Below are positions 9,030-17,819 of a stretch of 64,000 nt of DNA, one piece after another (positions within the stretch are counted from its first letter, which is position 1; the number at the start of each line of letters is the position of its first letter). Made by a program: the position numbers and the translations under genes. Origin of the DNA: a virus; IMG/VR virus record IMGVR_UViG_3300042691_047309, positions 64,001 to 128,000 of that record; one strand, written 5' to 3'. The notes beneath the pieces are model-generated. The model was not told the origin of the DNA and ran no database searches. It saw nothing but the letters and a program-made list of their open reading frames with translations.

Positions 9030-10272
9030 AAGAAAAAATCCAAAAGGGAAATCCTCTGATAATCGTCAGAGGTTTCTAAAAAGGATCGAAGGTCAAATAA
9101 AAAAGGCCTTACCTGACATTGTTAAAGGTACTGGTATAAAAGATATCACATCATCAGGTGGTAAAGTAAAAGTTCCTGTTAAAGGAATATCTGAGCCACA
9201 ATTTACATATGATAAAGATTCTGGTGATAAAAAATATGTTCATCCAGGAAATAAAGAATATGTTCCCGGTGATAAAATAAAAAAACCTCAAGGTGGTCAA
9301 GGTAAAGGATCAGGTAAACAAGGATCAAACGATCCTTCAACCGGAGAAGATGAGTTCTCAGTTACAATTAGTAGAGATGAGTTCTTAGATTACTTTTTTT
9401 CTGATTTAGAACTTCCAGATATGGTTAAAAAACATCTTAACACTATTGTTGATTGGAAACAAAAAAGAGCTGGATTCTCTAATTATGGTAATCCAAGTAG
9501 GTTAAATGTTGTTAAATCATTTAAAAACTCAATGGCTCGTAGAATGGCTCTTGGATTCTTTTTTGATAAAAAAATCAAAGATGTTGAGGAGTTATTAAAA
9601 GATGATACTTTAACTAAAGAAAGAAGATTAGAGTTAGAATTTGAATTAGACAAACTTAAGAAAATGAAACTTAGTGTTTCATTTATGGAGGAAGTCGACC
9701 TTCAATATAATAACTTTGAAAAAGTTGCTGTTCCTACTACTTGTGCTGTTATGTTCTGTATAATGGATATCTCTGGTTCAATGGGTGAAAAGGAAAAGGA
9801 TATTTCAAAAAGATTCTTTATGTTACTTTATATGTTTCTTACAAAACAATATGAAAAAATTGAAATTGTTTTTATTAGACATCACACAGAAGCAAAGGAA
9901 GTTAGTGAAGAAGAATTCTTTAATAGTAAAGAAACAGGTGGAACAGTTGTTACTCCTGCACTTGAACTAATGAATAAGATTATAAAAGAAAGATACTCAA
10001 AAGATTGGAATATCTATGCTGCGCAAGCTTCAGATGGTGATGTTTGGAATCGTTCAGATGCTGATGATTGTTATAAAATATTAGACACTGATATATTAAA
10101 TAAAATTCAATATATGATTTATATTGAAGTTTGTAGAGATAATGATGGTGACCTTTGGAGTAATTATAAATTACTTTCTGAAAAGAGAAATAATTTCGAG
10201 ATTGGAAAAATTCACGAAGTAGGTGAGATATGGACTGTATTTCAAGACTTCTTTAAAAAGAAAACCGTCTAA
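9007..10272 (+). CDS. yeaH: YeaH/YhbH (UPF0229, DUF444) VWA-like protein
   Basis: IVDRR.N.KGKS..NRQRF; VHPGNKEY..GD; AVMFCIMDISGSM; FIRHHT; ETGGTVV; YAAQASDGD. Confidence 0.95.
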   Translation: MSINIVDRRKNPKGKSSDNRQRFLKRIEGQIKKALPDIVKGTGIKDITSSGGKVKVPVKGISEPQFTYDKDSGDKKYVHPGNKEYVPGDKIKKPQGGQGKGSGKQGSNDPSTGEDEFSVTISRDEFLDYFFSDLELPDMVKKHLNTIVDWKQKRAGFSNYGNPSRLNVVKSFKNSMARRMALGFFFDKKIKDVEELLKDDTLTKERRLELEFELDKLKKMKLSVSFMEEVDLQYNNFEKVAVPTTCAVMFCIMDISGSMGEKEKDISKRFFMLLYMFLTKQYEKIEIVFIRHHTEAKEVSEEEFFNSKETGGTVVTPALELMNKIIKERYSKDWNIYAAQASDGDVWNRSDADDCYKILDTDILNKIQYMIYIEVCRDNDGDLWSNYKLLSEKRNNFEIGKIHEVGEIWTVFQDFFKKKTV

Positions 10273-10276
10273 AATA

Positions 10277-11767
10277 TTACTGTGTTGTAAATTGATAAAC
10301 CTTTCCCGAACTACCATAGTCAACTATCTTAGCAGCTACAAACTTTGCACCTTCTGCTGCATATTGTGACCAAGATTCATCAGAATATTTATTTGTATTT
10401 TGCTCAACAAACGTCAACGCATTATTAGCAATTTTTACAGCTTGACTAGAATACTCAGAAACACTTTTTCCGTCTCTTAGATTAATCAAATAAACCATTA
10501 CTTCAGAAGTTAATTTGGATTTTTCAAAATCCATTTCTTCTGCAGCACTATCCGAAATAGCTTCCATTACTCCTATTGCTTTATTTATAGTTTCTGGTGA
10601 TGGTTTTCCTCCACTAGCCGCGGCAGAAGTAAGTACAAAAAGTATAACAAGTAGGACTATAGTTATAATTATAGTTCTGTATAATACTGGATGTTTTTCT
10701 TTAAAATTTTTAATCTTATCCAAAATCCATTTTATAAATTTCTCAACAATTGATGCTGACTTTACACCTAATTCATACATCTTAAGACTTATACTTTCTA
10801 AATTTTCATTGAATTTTTTAAAGAAACTTTCAATAGTATCTAAACCTTTACCAATTGTTGCTAATAACTCATTAAAATTGGCTCCGGTGACACCAAATTT
10901 ACCCAAGTGGTCCCAGATTGATCTGTATTCTTTCTGATCTATATCACTCATTTCACTATTGATATAATCTTTAAGATTTGGCTTACCTTTAGAAATTAAT
11001 AAATTATTTATCTGTGCAATTTCATTCTTACTCTTTATTCTCTTAATTATTTTTAAAGCTGATTCTTCATCCGTACCGTCATAATCACCTTTAAATGATT
11101 TAATTAAATCATCTACTATAGATTTTACCGAATTATCAACTTTGTCATTTTTTTTACTTTCTATATTATTCCAATCTATGTCATTGAAAACACTATCATC
11201 TAATTTATGACCTATCATAGTATAAAGACCTATTTCTTTTAATGCATCCGGATTTGTCTTTATTATTTTTTCTAATTGACGAACTTTACCATCAACTATT
11301 TTGATACCGAATTTTTTATCAGAATTATTTGTTAAATCTTCTAATCTTTTATTTAGTTCGATTTTATTTATTTTCTTTGATTTGTATGATGATATTAGTT
11401 CATACATTTTATCAAGTGGTAATCTCATTTGTACACTAAATTCATGTCCTGAGAATGGTACAATTTCATTTTTTGAGGATTTTAAAAACCATTTGGCTAG
11501 TGGTGTGTTTGTCACAACAATGTCATATCTTAAATACCAAACATTTTGTTTCTTACCTATAGAAATGTATGGATCATCTTCGACTTCGACTTCATCTTTG
11601 ATTTTTTCTGTTTGATAGTTCAATACAAAATCTAAAACTGGACTATCATCTTTATTTGGATCTGCAAAATAGTCAGAAAGATTTCCTTTTTCATATTCGT
11701 CTTTGTTCCAAAACCATTCCTCATTAATTGCACATCTAAAAGATTCGTATGTTTTGATATACTTCAT
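10277..11767 (-). CDS. Hypothetical membrane protein with CTS-like leader and annexin-like repeat, inserted antisense in the prkA module
   Basis: MKYIKTYESF; GDYDGTDEESALKII annexin-like GTDE motif; one hydrophobic helix (IIITIVLLVILFVL). Confidence 0.75.
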   Translation of the reverse strand: MKYIKTYESFRCAINEEWFWNKDEYEKGNLSDYFADPNKDDSPVLDFVLNYQTEKIKDEVEVEDDPYISIGKKQNVWYLRYDIVVTNTPLAKWFLKSSKNEIVPFSGHEFSVQMRLPLDKMYELISSYKSKKINKIELNKRLEDLTNNSDKKFGIKIVDGKVRQLEKIIKTNPDALKEIGLYTMIGHKLDDSVFNDIDWNNIESKKNDKVDNSVKSIVDDLIKSFKGDYDGTDEESALKIIKRIKSKNEIAQINNLLISKGKPNLKDYINSEMSDIDQKEYRSIWDHLGKFGVTGANFNELLATIGKGLDTIESFFKKFNENLESISLKMYELGVKSASIVEKFIKWILDKIKNFKEKHPVLYRTIIITIVLLVILFVLTSAAASGGKPSPETINKAIGVMEAISDSAAEEMDFEKSKLTSEVMVYLINLRDGKSVSEYSSQAVKIANNALTFVEQNTNKYSDESWSQYAAEGAKFVAAKIVDYGSSGKVYQFTTQ

Positions 11768-11846
11768 GTTGAAAATAACTTTCTATTATATATAAATTAT
11801 TATAAACAATAAACTAAAAATAGACTAAAAATAAAAACAAAATTAT

Positions 11847-13343
11847 ATGAAGAAAAAAGATATCAAAAACTTATTCTCAAAATCAGATTGGAATGAAGAA
11901 ACTATTCAAGTTTTTTCTGAAATAATTGATAAAATGTCTATAGACTTACTTGGACTTGATGTTTATGTAAATCAATTTGAAATTGTATCTTCTGAACAAT
12001 TACTAGATGCTTACGCACTTATAGGACTTCCACTTTCATATAACCATTGGAAATTTGGAAAAGATTATGTAGTAAATACAAATAATTATAAAAAAGGAAG
12101 AATGGGTCTAAGCTACGAAATGGTAATTAACAGCTCGCCCTGCATCTCTTACAACTTAGAGGACAATGATACTTGTCTTATGTTATTAGTTTATGCACAT
12201 GTTCAGGGCCATAATCACTTCTTTAAGAACAATTATCTTTTTAAACAATGGACTCAAGCTGATTCCATTATCGATTATATGTTATTTGCTAAAAACTTTA
12301 TTGCCAAATGTGAAGAGAAGTATGGATATGAAGAAGTTGAAATGGTTTTAGATGCTTGTCACGCACTTATGAACTATGGTGTTGATAAATATAAAAAACC
12401 GGCTAAATTATCACCTAAAGAAGAGCATGACAGATTAAAAAAGAAGATTGAAGACGATAGAATTTTACTTGATGACATCTGGAGAACCCTTCCTAAGGAT
12501 GATCAGAAAAGAAAAAGAAAAGAAAGATTTCCGGCTCAACCTGAAGAAAATATTCTTTACTTTATCGAAAAAAATTCACCAAAACTAAAAGCTTGGCAAA
12601 GAGAAATTGTTAGAATTGTTAGAAAGGTATCTCAATACTTTTACCCACAGGGTCAAACTAAAGTTATCAATGAGGGATGTGCGACTTTTACACACTATGA
12701 GATAGTAAATAAAATGTTTGAAGAAGGATATTTAGATGATGGATTTATGTTAGAATTTATGCACCATCATTCTAATGTTATTTTTCAACCGGGATTTGAT
12801 TCTAAATTCTATTCAGGTTTGAATCCATATACTTTAGGCTTTAATATCTTTTCTGATTTAAAAAGAATGTCATTAGATCCAACTCCAGAGGATTTACAAT
12901 GGTTTCCTGAAATTGCTGGAAAAGGAGATTGGAAAGAACAATTTTTATATATTGTTGAAAATTTCAAAGATGAAACATTTGTTCTTCAATATCTTTCTCC
13001 AAAAGTTATGCGTGATATGAGATTATTTGAGATATCAGATGAATCAACTTCTAACTTTTATAAAGTTAGTTCAATTCATAATGAAAAGGGATATAAAAAA
13101 GTTAGACAATCACTTTCTGAATTTTATAACAGAAGTAGATATGTTCCAGATATTCAAGTTTATAATGTTGATGTTTATGGAAATAGAAGTCTTACTTTAG
13201 AATACACTCCTTTAGATGGTAGAGATTTAGATTCAAATGAAGTTGATAAGGTTCTTCCACATGTTAAATACTTATGGGGATTTCCAGTTAAGATGGTTCA
13301 AAGAGGTCAAGAAAAATTGACAGTTATTTCTTCTTTGGAATAA
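11847..13343 (+). CDS. spoVR: SpoVR/YcgB family protein
   Basis: GLP.SY.HW.FGK; GL.YEMVINSSPCISY; GHNHFFKNN; YFYPQGQTKVINEGCATFTHY; NPYTLGF. Confidence 0.95.
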   Translation: MKKKDIKNLFSKSDWNEETIQVFSEIIDKMSIDLLGLDVYVNQFEIVSSEQLLDAYALIGLPLSYNHWKFGKDYVVNTNNYKKGRMGLSYEMVINSSPCISYNLEDNDTCLMLLVYAHVQGHNHFFKNNYLFKQWTQADSIIDYMLFAKNFIAKCEEKYGYEEVEMVLDACHALMNYGVDKYKKPAKLSPKEEHDRLKKKIEDDRILLDDIWRTLPKDDQKRKRKERFPAQPEENILYFIEKNSPKLKAWQREIVRIVRKVSQYFYPQGQTKVINEGCATFTHYEIVNKMFEEGYLDDGFMLEFMHHHSNVIFQPGFDSKFYSGLNPYTLGFNIFSDLKRMSLDPTPEDLQWFPEIAGKGDWKEQFLYIVENFKDETFVLQYLSPKVMRDMRLFEISDESTSNFYKVSSIHNEKGYKKVRQSLSEFYNRSRYVPDIQVYNVDVYGNRSLTLEYTPLDGRDLDSNEVDKVLPHVKYLWGFPVKMVQRGQEKLTVISSLE

Positions 13344-13350
13344 TTTTCAC

Positions 13351-13358
13351 TATATTTG
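13351..13358 (+). promoter_or_regulatory. Bacteroidota sigma-A -7 element TAnnTTTG (TATATTTG) before uvsE
   Basis: Matches the established Bacteroidota consensus; ATG follows after 4 nt. Confidence 0.75.
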
Positions 13359-13362
13359 TAAT

Positions 13363-14286
13363 ATGAAAAATATTGGATACTGTTGCATCCCAATGGGTTG
13401 TAATGTAGGTAAGAAAAAGAAAGAACATATTACCGTAAATAGAGGAATGGTTCGTAAAACATTTGATGATAAAGGATTGCCTTATGTATCTGAATTGGTT
13501 ATTGAAAATCTCAAAGACACACTTAAAGTATTAGACTATAATCTATCTGTTGGTATTTATATCTACAGATTATCATCCGACTCTTTTCCGTGGATGTCAG
13601 AGTATGAGTTCTCTGATTTACCAAACTTTGATATGATACAAAAGCTTATGGCTCAAATCGGTGATAAAATAAAATCTAATAACATTAGAGTGAGCTATCA
13701 TCCAGGACCATTCAACGTTTTGGCAAGTGAGAGCCCTTCTGTTGTAGAGAAAACAATCAAAGAGTTAAATAAACATGCAGAACTTATGGATTTAATGGGA
13801 TTGGATAAATCACATTATTATCCTATCAATATTCACATCAATACGACTAAGCCTACAAGAGAAGAAGCTGCTCAACGATTTGTTGATAATTTTTCACTTC
13901 TTTCTGAGTCTTGTAAGAGTAGATTAACATTAGAGAATGATGATAGTCCGAATCAATACTCTGTTAAAATATTACACGACTTTGTTTATACCAAAACTAA
14001 TATTCCAATTGTATTCGATCAACATCACTTCAACTATGGTGAACAAGACCAAACTATGGAAGAAGCATTGCGATTAGCACATTCTACTTGGAATGTTAGA
14101 CCAATGACTCATATGAGTTCACCAAAAACATTAGAAGATAATTCAGGTAAACAAACAGCACATGCAGATTACATTTATGAAGAAATTAAAACATTTGGTC
14201 TTGACTTTGATACAGAAATTGAAGCGAAAGCCAAAGATCTCGCTGTGTTAAAATACCGGAAACAGTTTCAATTAATTAAGTCATAA
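13363..14286 (+). CDS. uvsE: UV damage endonuclease UvsE/UVDE
   Basis: IGYCCI; YRLSSD.FPW; SYHPGPFN.LAS; LTLENDD; VFDQHH; HAD; EIEAKAKDLA. Confidence 0.95.
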   Translation: MKNIGYCCIPMGCNVGKKKKEHITVNRGMVRKTFDDKGLPYVSELVIENLKDTLKVLDYNLSVGIYIYRLSSDSFPWMSEYEFSDLPNFDMIQKLMAQIGDKIKSNNIRVSYHPGPFNVLASESPSVVEKTIKELNKHAELMDLMGLDKSHYYPINIHINTTKPTREEAAQRFVDNFSLLSESCKSRLTLENDDSPNQYSVKILHDFVYTKTNIPIVFDQHHFNYGEQDQTMEEALRLAHSTWNVRPMTHMSSPKTLEDNSGKQTAHADYIYEEIKTFGLDFDTEIEAKAKDLAVLKYRKQFQLIKS

Positions 14287-14289
14287 ATA

Positions 14290-14321
14290 TTTGGTAGATT
14301 TAAAATAAAGTATTATCTTTG
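14290..14321 (+). promoter_or_regulatory. Bacteroidota-type promoter TTTG-N20-TATCTTTG
   Basis: -33 TTTG at 14290 and -7 TAnnTTTG at 14314. Confidence 0.7.
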
Positions 14322-14340
14322 TAAAACAAAGGAAAACAAT

Positions 14341-14826
14341 ATGAAGATAGAGCTTAAAAATGTAAAGATTAACAAAATGTTTAGCGAAGAAACTACTTGT
14401 TTCATGGCTGATGTTTTTATAAATGGTAAAAAAACAGCATACGCTAAAAACGACGGACGTGGAGGTAATACAAATATCCAACCATATGCGGGTATGTCTT
14501 TAGATGAGGTTTATAACTATTGTAAAACTTTACCCAAAGAGTTTGGTTACCCACAAACACTTGATTCAGTTATTGATGATATTCTATTCGAGAAAGAAAA
14601 AGAAAAAGAGCAAAAGAAAATTGACAAGTTGTGTTTAACTAACATTGTTTGGGGTTTAGAAAATGGAACGTCTTATTCTAAGATTGGTTTTAAAGGTAGT
14701 CCTAAATTTGAGGACCTTAAAAAAACAACTGGAGGTAAGACTGCTTTGAAATCTTTGATTGAGAAAGTAAAAAATCAATACGTGAAAGAAGGTGAAATTA
14801 TTTTCAATAAAAATTTAGTAGGTTAA
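14341..14826 (+). CDS. Hypothetical phage protein
   Basis: LKNVK...SEET.CF.A.V.INGK...AKNDGRGG conserved-looking N-terminus; has its own promoter. Confidence 0.8.
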   Translation: MKIELKNVKINKMFSEETTCFMADVFINGKKTAYAKNDGRGGNTNIQPYAGMSLDEVYNYCKTLPKEFGYPQTLDSVIDDILFEKEKEKEQKKIDKLCLTNIVWGLENGTSYSKIGFKGSPKFEDLKKTTGGKTALKSLIEKVKNQYVKEGEIIFNKNLVG

Positions 14827-14840
14827 AATGTAAAGAGAGT

Positions 14841-15305
14841 CTAATGACTCTCTTTTTTCTTTTTCTTAACAACTGCTAACTCTTCTGGTGTCAATAATCC
14901 TCTACCATAAAGTTTTACTCTTTCATCATATCTCGTCTTAACTCTTTCAGATATCGGAACTGGTTGTCCTTCATCATCAATTCTAACAAAAACAACTTTT
15001 GTTGAACAAACGATTTTTTCTTCACCAGTATAAACACTGTGTTTTCTGGCTTCCATTTTAAGAGTGATGGAGGTTGTTCCAATTTTTTCTACTTCTCCAT
15101 AGATTTTGATAATGTTGCCAACTTTTACGGGATTATCAAAAACGACTTCTTCCATTTTTTTAGTTACCATTCTTGGTGTGTCGCATATTTGACAAGCGTA
15201 AGCCGCAGCTGCTTCGTCAATAAAACACATCATATTTCCTCCGAAGAGATTACCATGTACACCAATATCGAGTGCCATACAAATTTTTGTTGTTATTAGT
15301 TCCAT
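14841..15305 (-). CDS. Acyl-CoA thioesterase (hotdog fold, YciA-like)
   Basis: D.G.HGNLFGGNMM.FIDEAA; F..PV.VG; G.TS; VFV.ID..G.P. Confidence 0.9.
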   Translation of the reverse strand: MELITTKICMALDIGVHGNLFGGNMMCFIDEAAAAYACQICDTPRMVTKKMEEVVFDNPVKVGNIIKIYGEVEKIGTTSITLKMEARKHSVYTGEEKIVCSTKVVFVRIDDEGQPVPISERVKTRYDERVKLYGRGLLTPEELAVVKKKKKESH

Positions 15306-15308
15306 AAT

Positions 15309-15917
15309 TTATCTTTTTTTATATATGAAAAAACTCATTTTTTTAAAATCAAACCAACTTACATCTAAAAAGATAGTTTCTATTACTTCGTCATTTGTTA
15401 CATAACATGAGATATAGTAGCAGTCTTTTGGAATTTTTTCTAATATTAAATTTCTTAAATCATCACTAAACATAATATCATCCATAAAAATAAAATTGGC
15501 ATCGGAGATATCAACATTTAAAATATCATCACAAATAAAAATAACTCTTTCTTGATTTAAAGTTTTATTTATTTCGATTGCATAATCGATTCTTGTTTTA
15601 GATATTTCCACTCCTACATATTTATCAAAATTGGAAATAAGTGAGAGATGTAATAATAATCTGCCATTACCACATCCAATATCATAAAATACTCCTTTAT
15701 AATTATTTAAGTAGTTTGATAATTCTTTAACCCCTTTTTTTGTGATTTCGCCATAAACTAAATTCTCAGGTAAATCAGTTGATTCTCTTAGATATTCTGA
15801 TTGTTGTTCATTGGTTAGATTATCCCATTTACCCAGATATTTTAAGATATCACTCTCAGACATTAAGTCGAACCTATAAACTTCTTCTATTTTTATTGCT
15901 TTTAGAAAATCATCCAT
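15309..15917 (-). CDS. Class I SAM-dependent methyltransferase, DOT1-like
   Basis: LVYGEIT; FYDIGCGNGR; GVEIS..R; DDIL..D..DA..IF. Confidence 0.75.
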   Translation of the reverse strand: MDDFLKAIKIEEVYRFDLMSESDILKYLGKWDNLTNEQQSEYLRESTDLPENLVYGEITKKGVKELSNYLNNYKGVFYDIGCGNGRLLLHLSLISNFDKYVGVEISKTRIDYAIEINKTLNQERVIFICDDILNVDISDANFIFMDDIMFSDDLRNLILEKIPKDCYYISCYVTNDEVIETIFLDVSWFDFKKMSFFIYKKR

Positions 15918-16548
15918 ATTTCACTATTTCAATTCCAGTAGTTTCTAAAAAATTAATACCCGACCCATCTCTATATTCATCTACATAGACCAATCTTTTT
16001 ATTCCTGATTGTAGAATCAGTTTTGAACAATCTTTACATGGTGAGTGAGTTAAATAAAGAGTAGCTCCATCGCAAGATTGACCTCTACGGGCACATTTAA
16101 GTATAGCGTTTGCTTCACCATGAATTACATACCAATGTGTGGTATCAGGATCCAATTCACATTGATTATCAAATCCAGTTGGTGTTCCGTTATATCCATC
16201 TGATATAATCATATCATCTTTTACAATTAAGGCCCCAACTTTCATTCTTGAGCAATGAGAAAGATTAGACCACTCTTTAGCCATATTTAAATATGTTTTA
16301 TCATATTTTTGTTGCTTGTATCTGGATTTAATCTCATCGATAAAATTTGTGATTTTATCAGGACCATCTATATTCTTTTCTTTACCGGACTTATCTTTGA
16401 TTATCATTCTTATCGCATTTTTATCTGATTTATCAAACACTTCCATTTTAATAACCATAGGACTCATATCATCATAAATATAATCCTGTGATTCAATCAT
16501 TTCTTTTGTAATTCCTTTTAAATATACAGTATCAAAATCACTCTTCAT
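15910..16548 (-). CDS. dCMP deaminase with N-terminal extension
   Basis: S.C.R.KVGA; GYNGTP.G; HGEANAI; SPCKDC. Confidence 0.93.
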   Translation of the reverse strand: MKSDFDTVYLKGITKEMIESQDYIYDDMSPMVIKMEVFDKSDKNAIRMIIKDKSGKEKNIDGPDKITNFIDEIKSRYKQQKYDKTYLNMAKEWSNLSHCSRMKVGALIVKDDMIISDGYNGTPTGFDNQCELDPDTTHWYVIHGEANAILKCARRGQSCDGATLYLTHSPCKDCSKLILQSGIKRLVYVDEYRDGSGINFLETTGIEIVKYG

Positions 16549-16693
16549 CCCTAAATAACTTATTTATTTTGGATTTTCTATATTCTGATTTCGTATCAAA
16601 TCCTAAAATATTTTTTAATGCCCAATTTACATCTAAATGACCTGTGATCATTAACTCTTTTAAAAGTTCATATTTTTTGTTTTTATCAGACAT
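16538..16693 (-). CDS. 51-aa hypothetical protein with RxxKIxxLF tail (not in the ORF track)
   Basis: MSDKNKKYELLKELMITGHLDVNWALKNILGFDTKSEYRKSKINKLFRDEE; overlaps both neighbours in the operon. Confidence 0.65.
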   Translation of the reverse strand: MSDKNKKYELLKELMITGHLDVNWALKNILGFDTKSEYRKSKINKLFRDEE

Positions 16694-16862
16694 TAAATAA
16701 TCTTTTGATTTTTTTCTTTCTAATCTTTGGTCTATCTATTTTATAGATAATGTCAGTAATAGTTGAATTGACTGTTATATAATTACCAGAACCTCTGGTT
16801 GATTTATTATTTATCAACGCAGAGGCTTGTAGTAATTTATCAACTAAACTTTTATTAGTCAT
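16686..16862 (-). CDS. 58-aa protein: major-capsid-like segment plus RxxKIxxLF tail
   Basis: KLLQASALINNKSTRGSGNYITVN then IRKKKIKRLFNV; start at the ATG overlapping the nusG end. Confidence 0.6.
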   Translation of the reverse strand: MTNKSLVDKLLQASALINNKSTRGSGNYITVNSTITDIIYKIDRPKIRKKKIKRLFNV

Positions 16863-17409
16863 TGTGTTTTTCAATCTGAAGAGCACTTAACTCAACAAGA
16901 TTTTTTCTACCAAAAATCATAACTTCAACCTTGACTTTTTGGTCTTTAATACTTTCTACTGTTCCTGTAAATCCTGTAAAAGGACCATCAAGAACTTTAA
17001 CAGATTCACCGGAAATGAAGTGGTCAAATTGTTCGGCTACTACTTCTTTTTCTTTTTGAATACCAAGCATTCTATCAACTTCTCCTTGTGTTAGAGACTG
17101 AATAGTTTTATCTCGTGATGTAAGAAATCCTGTAGCACCATTTACACCTTTTAAATAATATTTCAATTCACCAACAGCATTTGTTTCAACAAAAATATAT
17201 CCTGGATACATTACTTTTTCACGTTGAACTTTTTTACCATTCTTTAAATGAAAAGATTTTTCAGTTGGAACAATTACTCTACCTATTTTACCCATTAAGT
17301 CACCAGTTTCACCATCTTTGACAATTCTTTCCGAAACAGATCTTTCTCTGTTTGATTGCGCTCTAACGATATACCATTTCATTGTTTTAACATTTTCTAA
17401 AGTTTCCAT
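16855..17409 (-). CDS. nusG: Transcription termination/antitermination factor NusG
   Basis: KWYIVRAQSNRE; MYPGYIFV; GATGF; KOW GESVKVLDGPFTGFTG.V; V.V.IFGR. Confidence 0.95.
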   Translation of the reverse strand: METLENVKTMKWYIVRAQSNRERSVSERIVKDGETGDLMGKIGRVIVPTEKSFHLKNGKKVQREKVMYPGYIFVETNAVGELKYYLKGVNGATGFLTSRDKTIQSLTQGEVDRMLGIQKEKEVVAEQFDHFISGESVKVLDGPFTGFTGTVESIKDQKVKVEVMIFGRKNLVELSALQIEKHND

Positions 17410-17420
17410 ATTAATTTAAT

Positions 17421-17819
17421 TTATTGTTTTTCTAATTTTTTATAATAATTTAATTCTTCTTTTACAAAATCAAAGTGATTTTCTATTAAATAGTCTAAGT
17501 CAATATCTTTAATTTTTAATCTAAGTAAAAGAAGTTTGTAGTCATTATCGGGTATAAGTGGCTTTTCCTTTTCACTTTTTGACCAAATCCAACTAGGATA
17601 AGGTTTTGATTTCATAAAGTGATACCATAAATCTAAACCCGATACTTTATCTATTGCTTTAAGATTCAAAAGTTGAGCTTTATCAGGAAATCTTTTAGAA
17701 AGAATTCGGTTAATGATGAAAAAAAATTCACTTTTTTGTTCATCACTAACCCACTTCCAATTTTCTTTCTCTTTAAACATCGCATTTGTTAATGCAAGTA
17801 AGTGATTTTCAATTATCAT
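17421..17819 (-). CDS. Hypothetical protein, possibly T4 gp62-like clamp-loader small subunit
   Basis: FFIINRILS...D...LN...WIWSK pattern; adjacent to RNase H. Confidence 0.45.
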   Translation of the reverse strand: MIIENHLLALTNAMFKEKENWKWVSDEQKSEFFFIINRILSKRFPDKAQLLNLKAIDKVSGLDLWYHFMKSKPYPSWIWSKSEKEKPLIPDNDYKLLLLRLKIKDIDLDYLIENHFDFVKEELNYYKKLEKQ

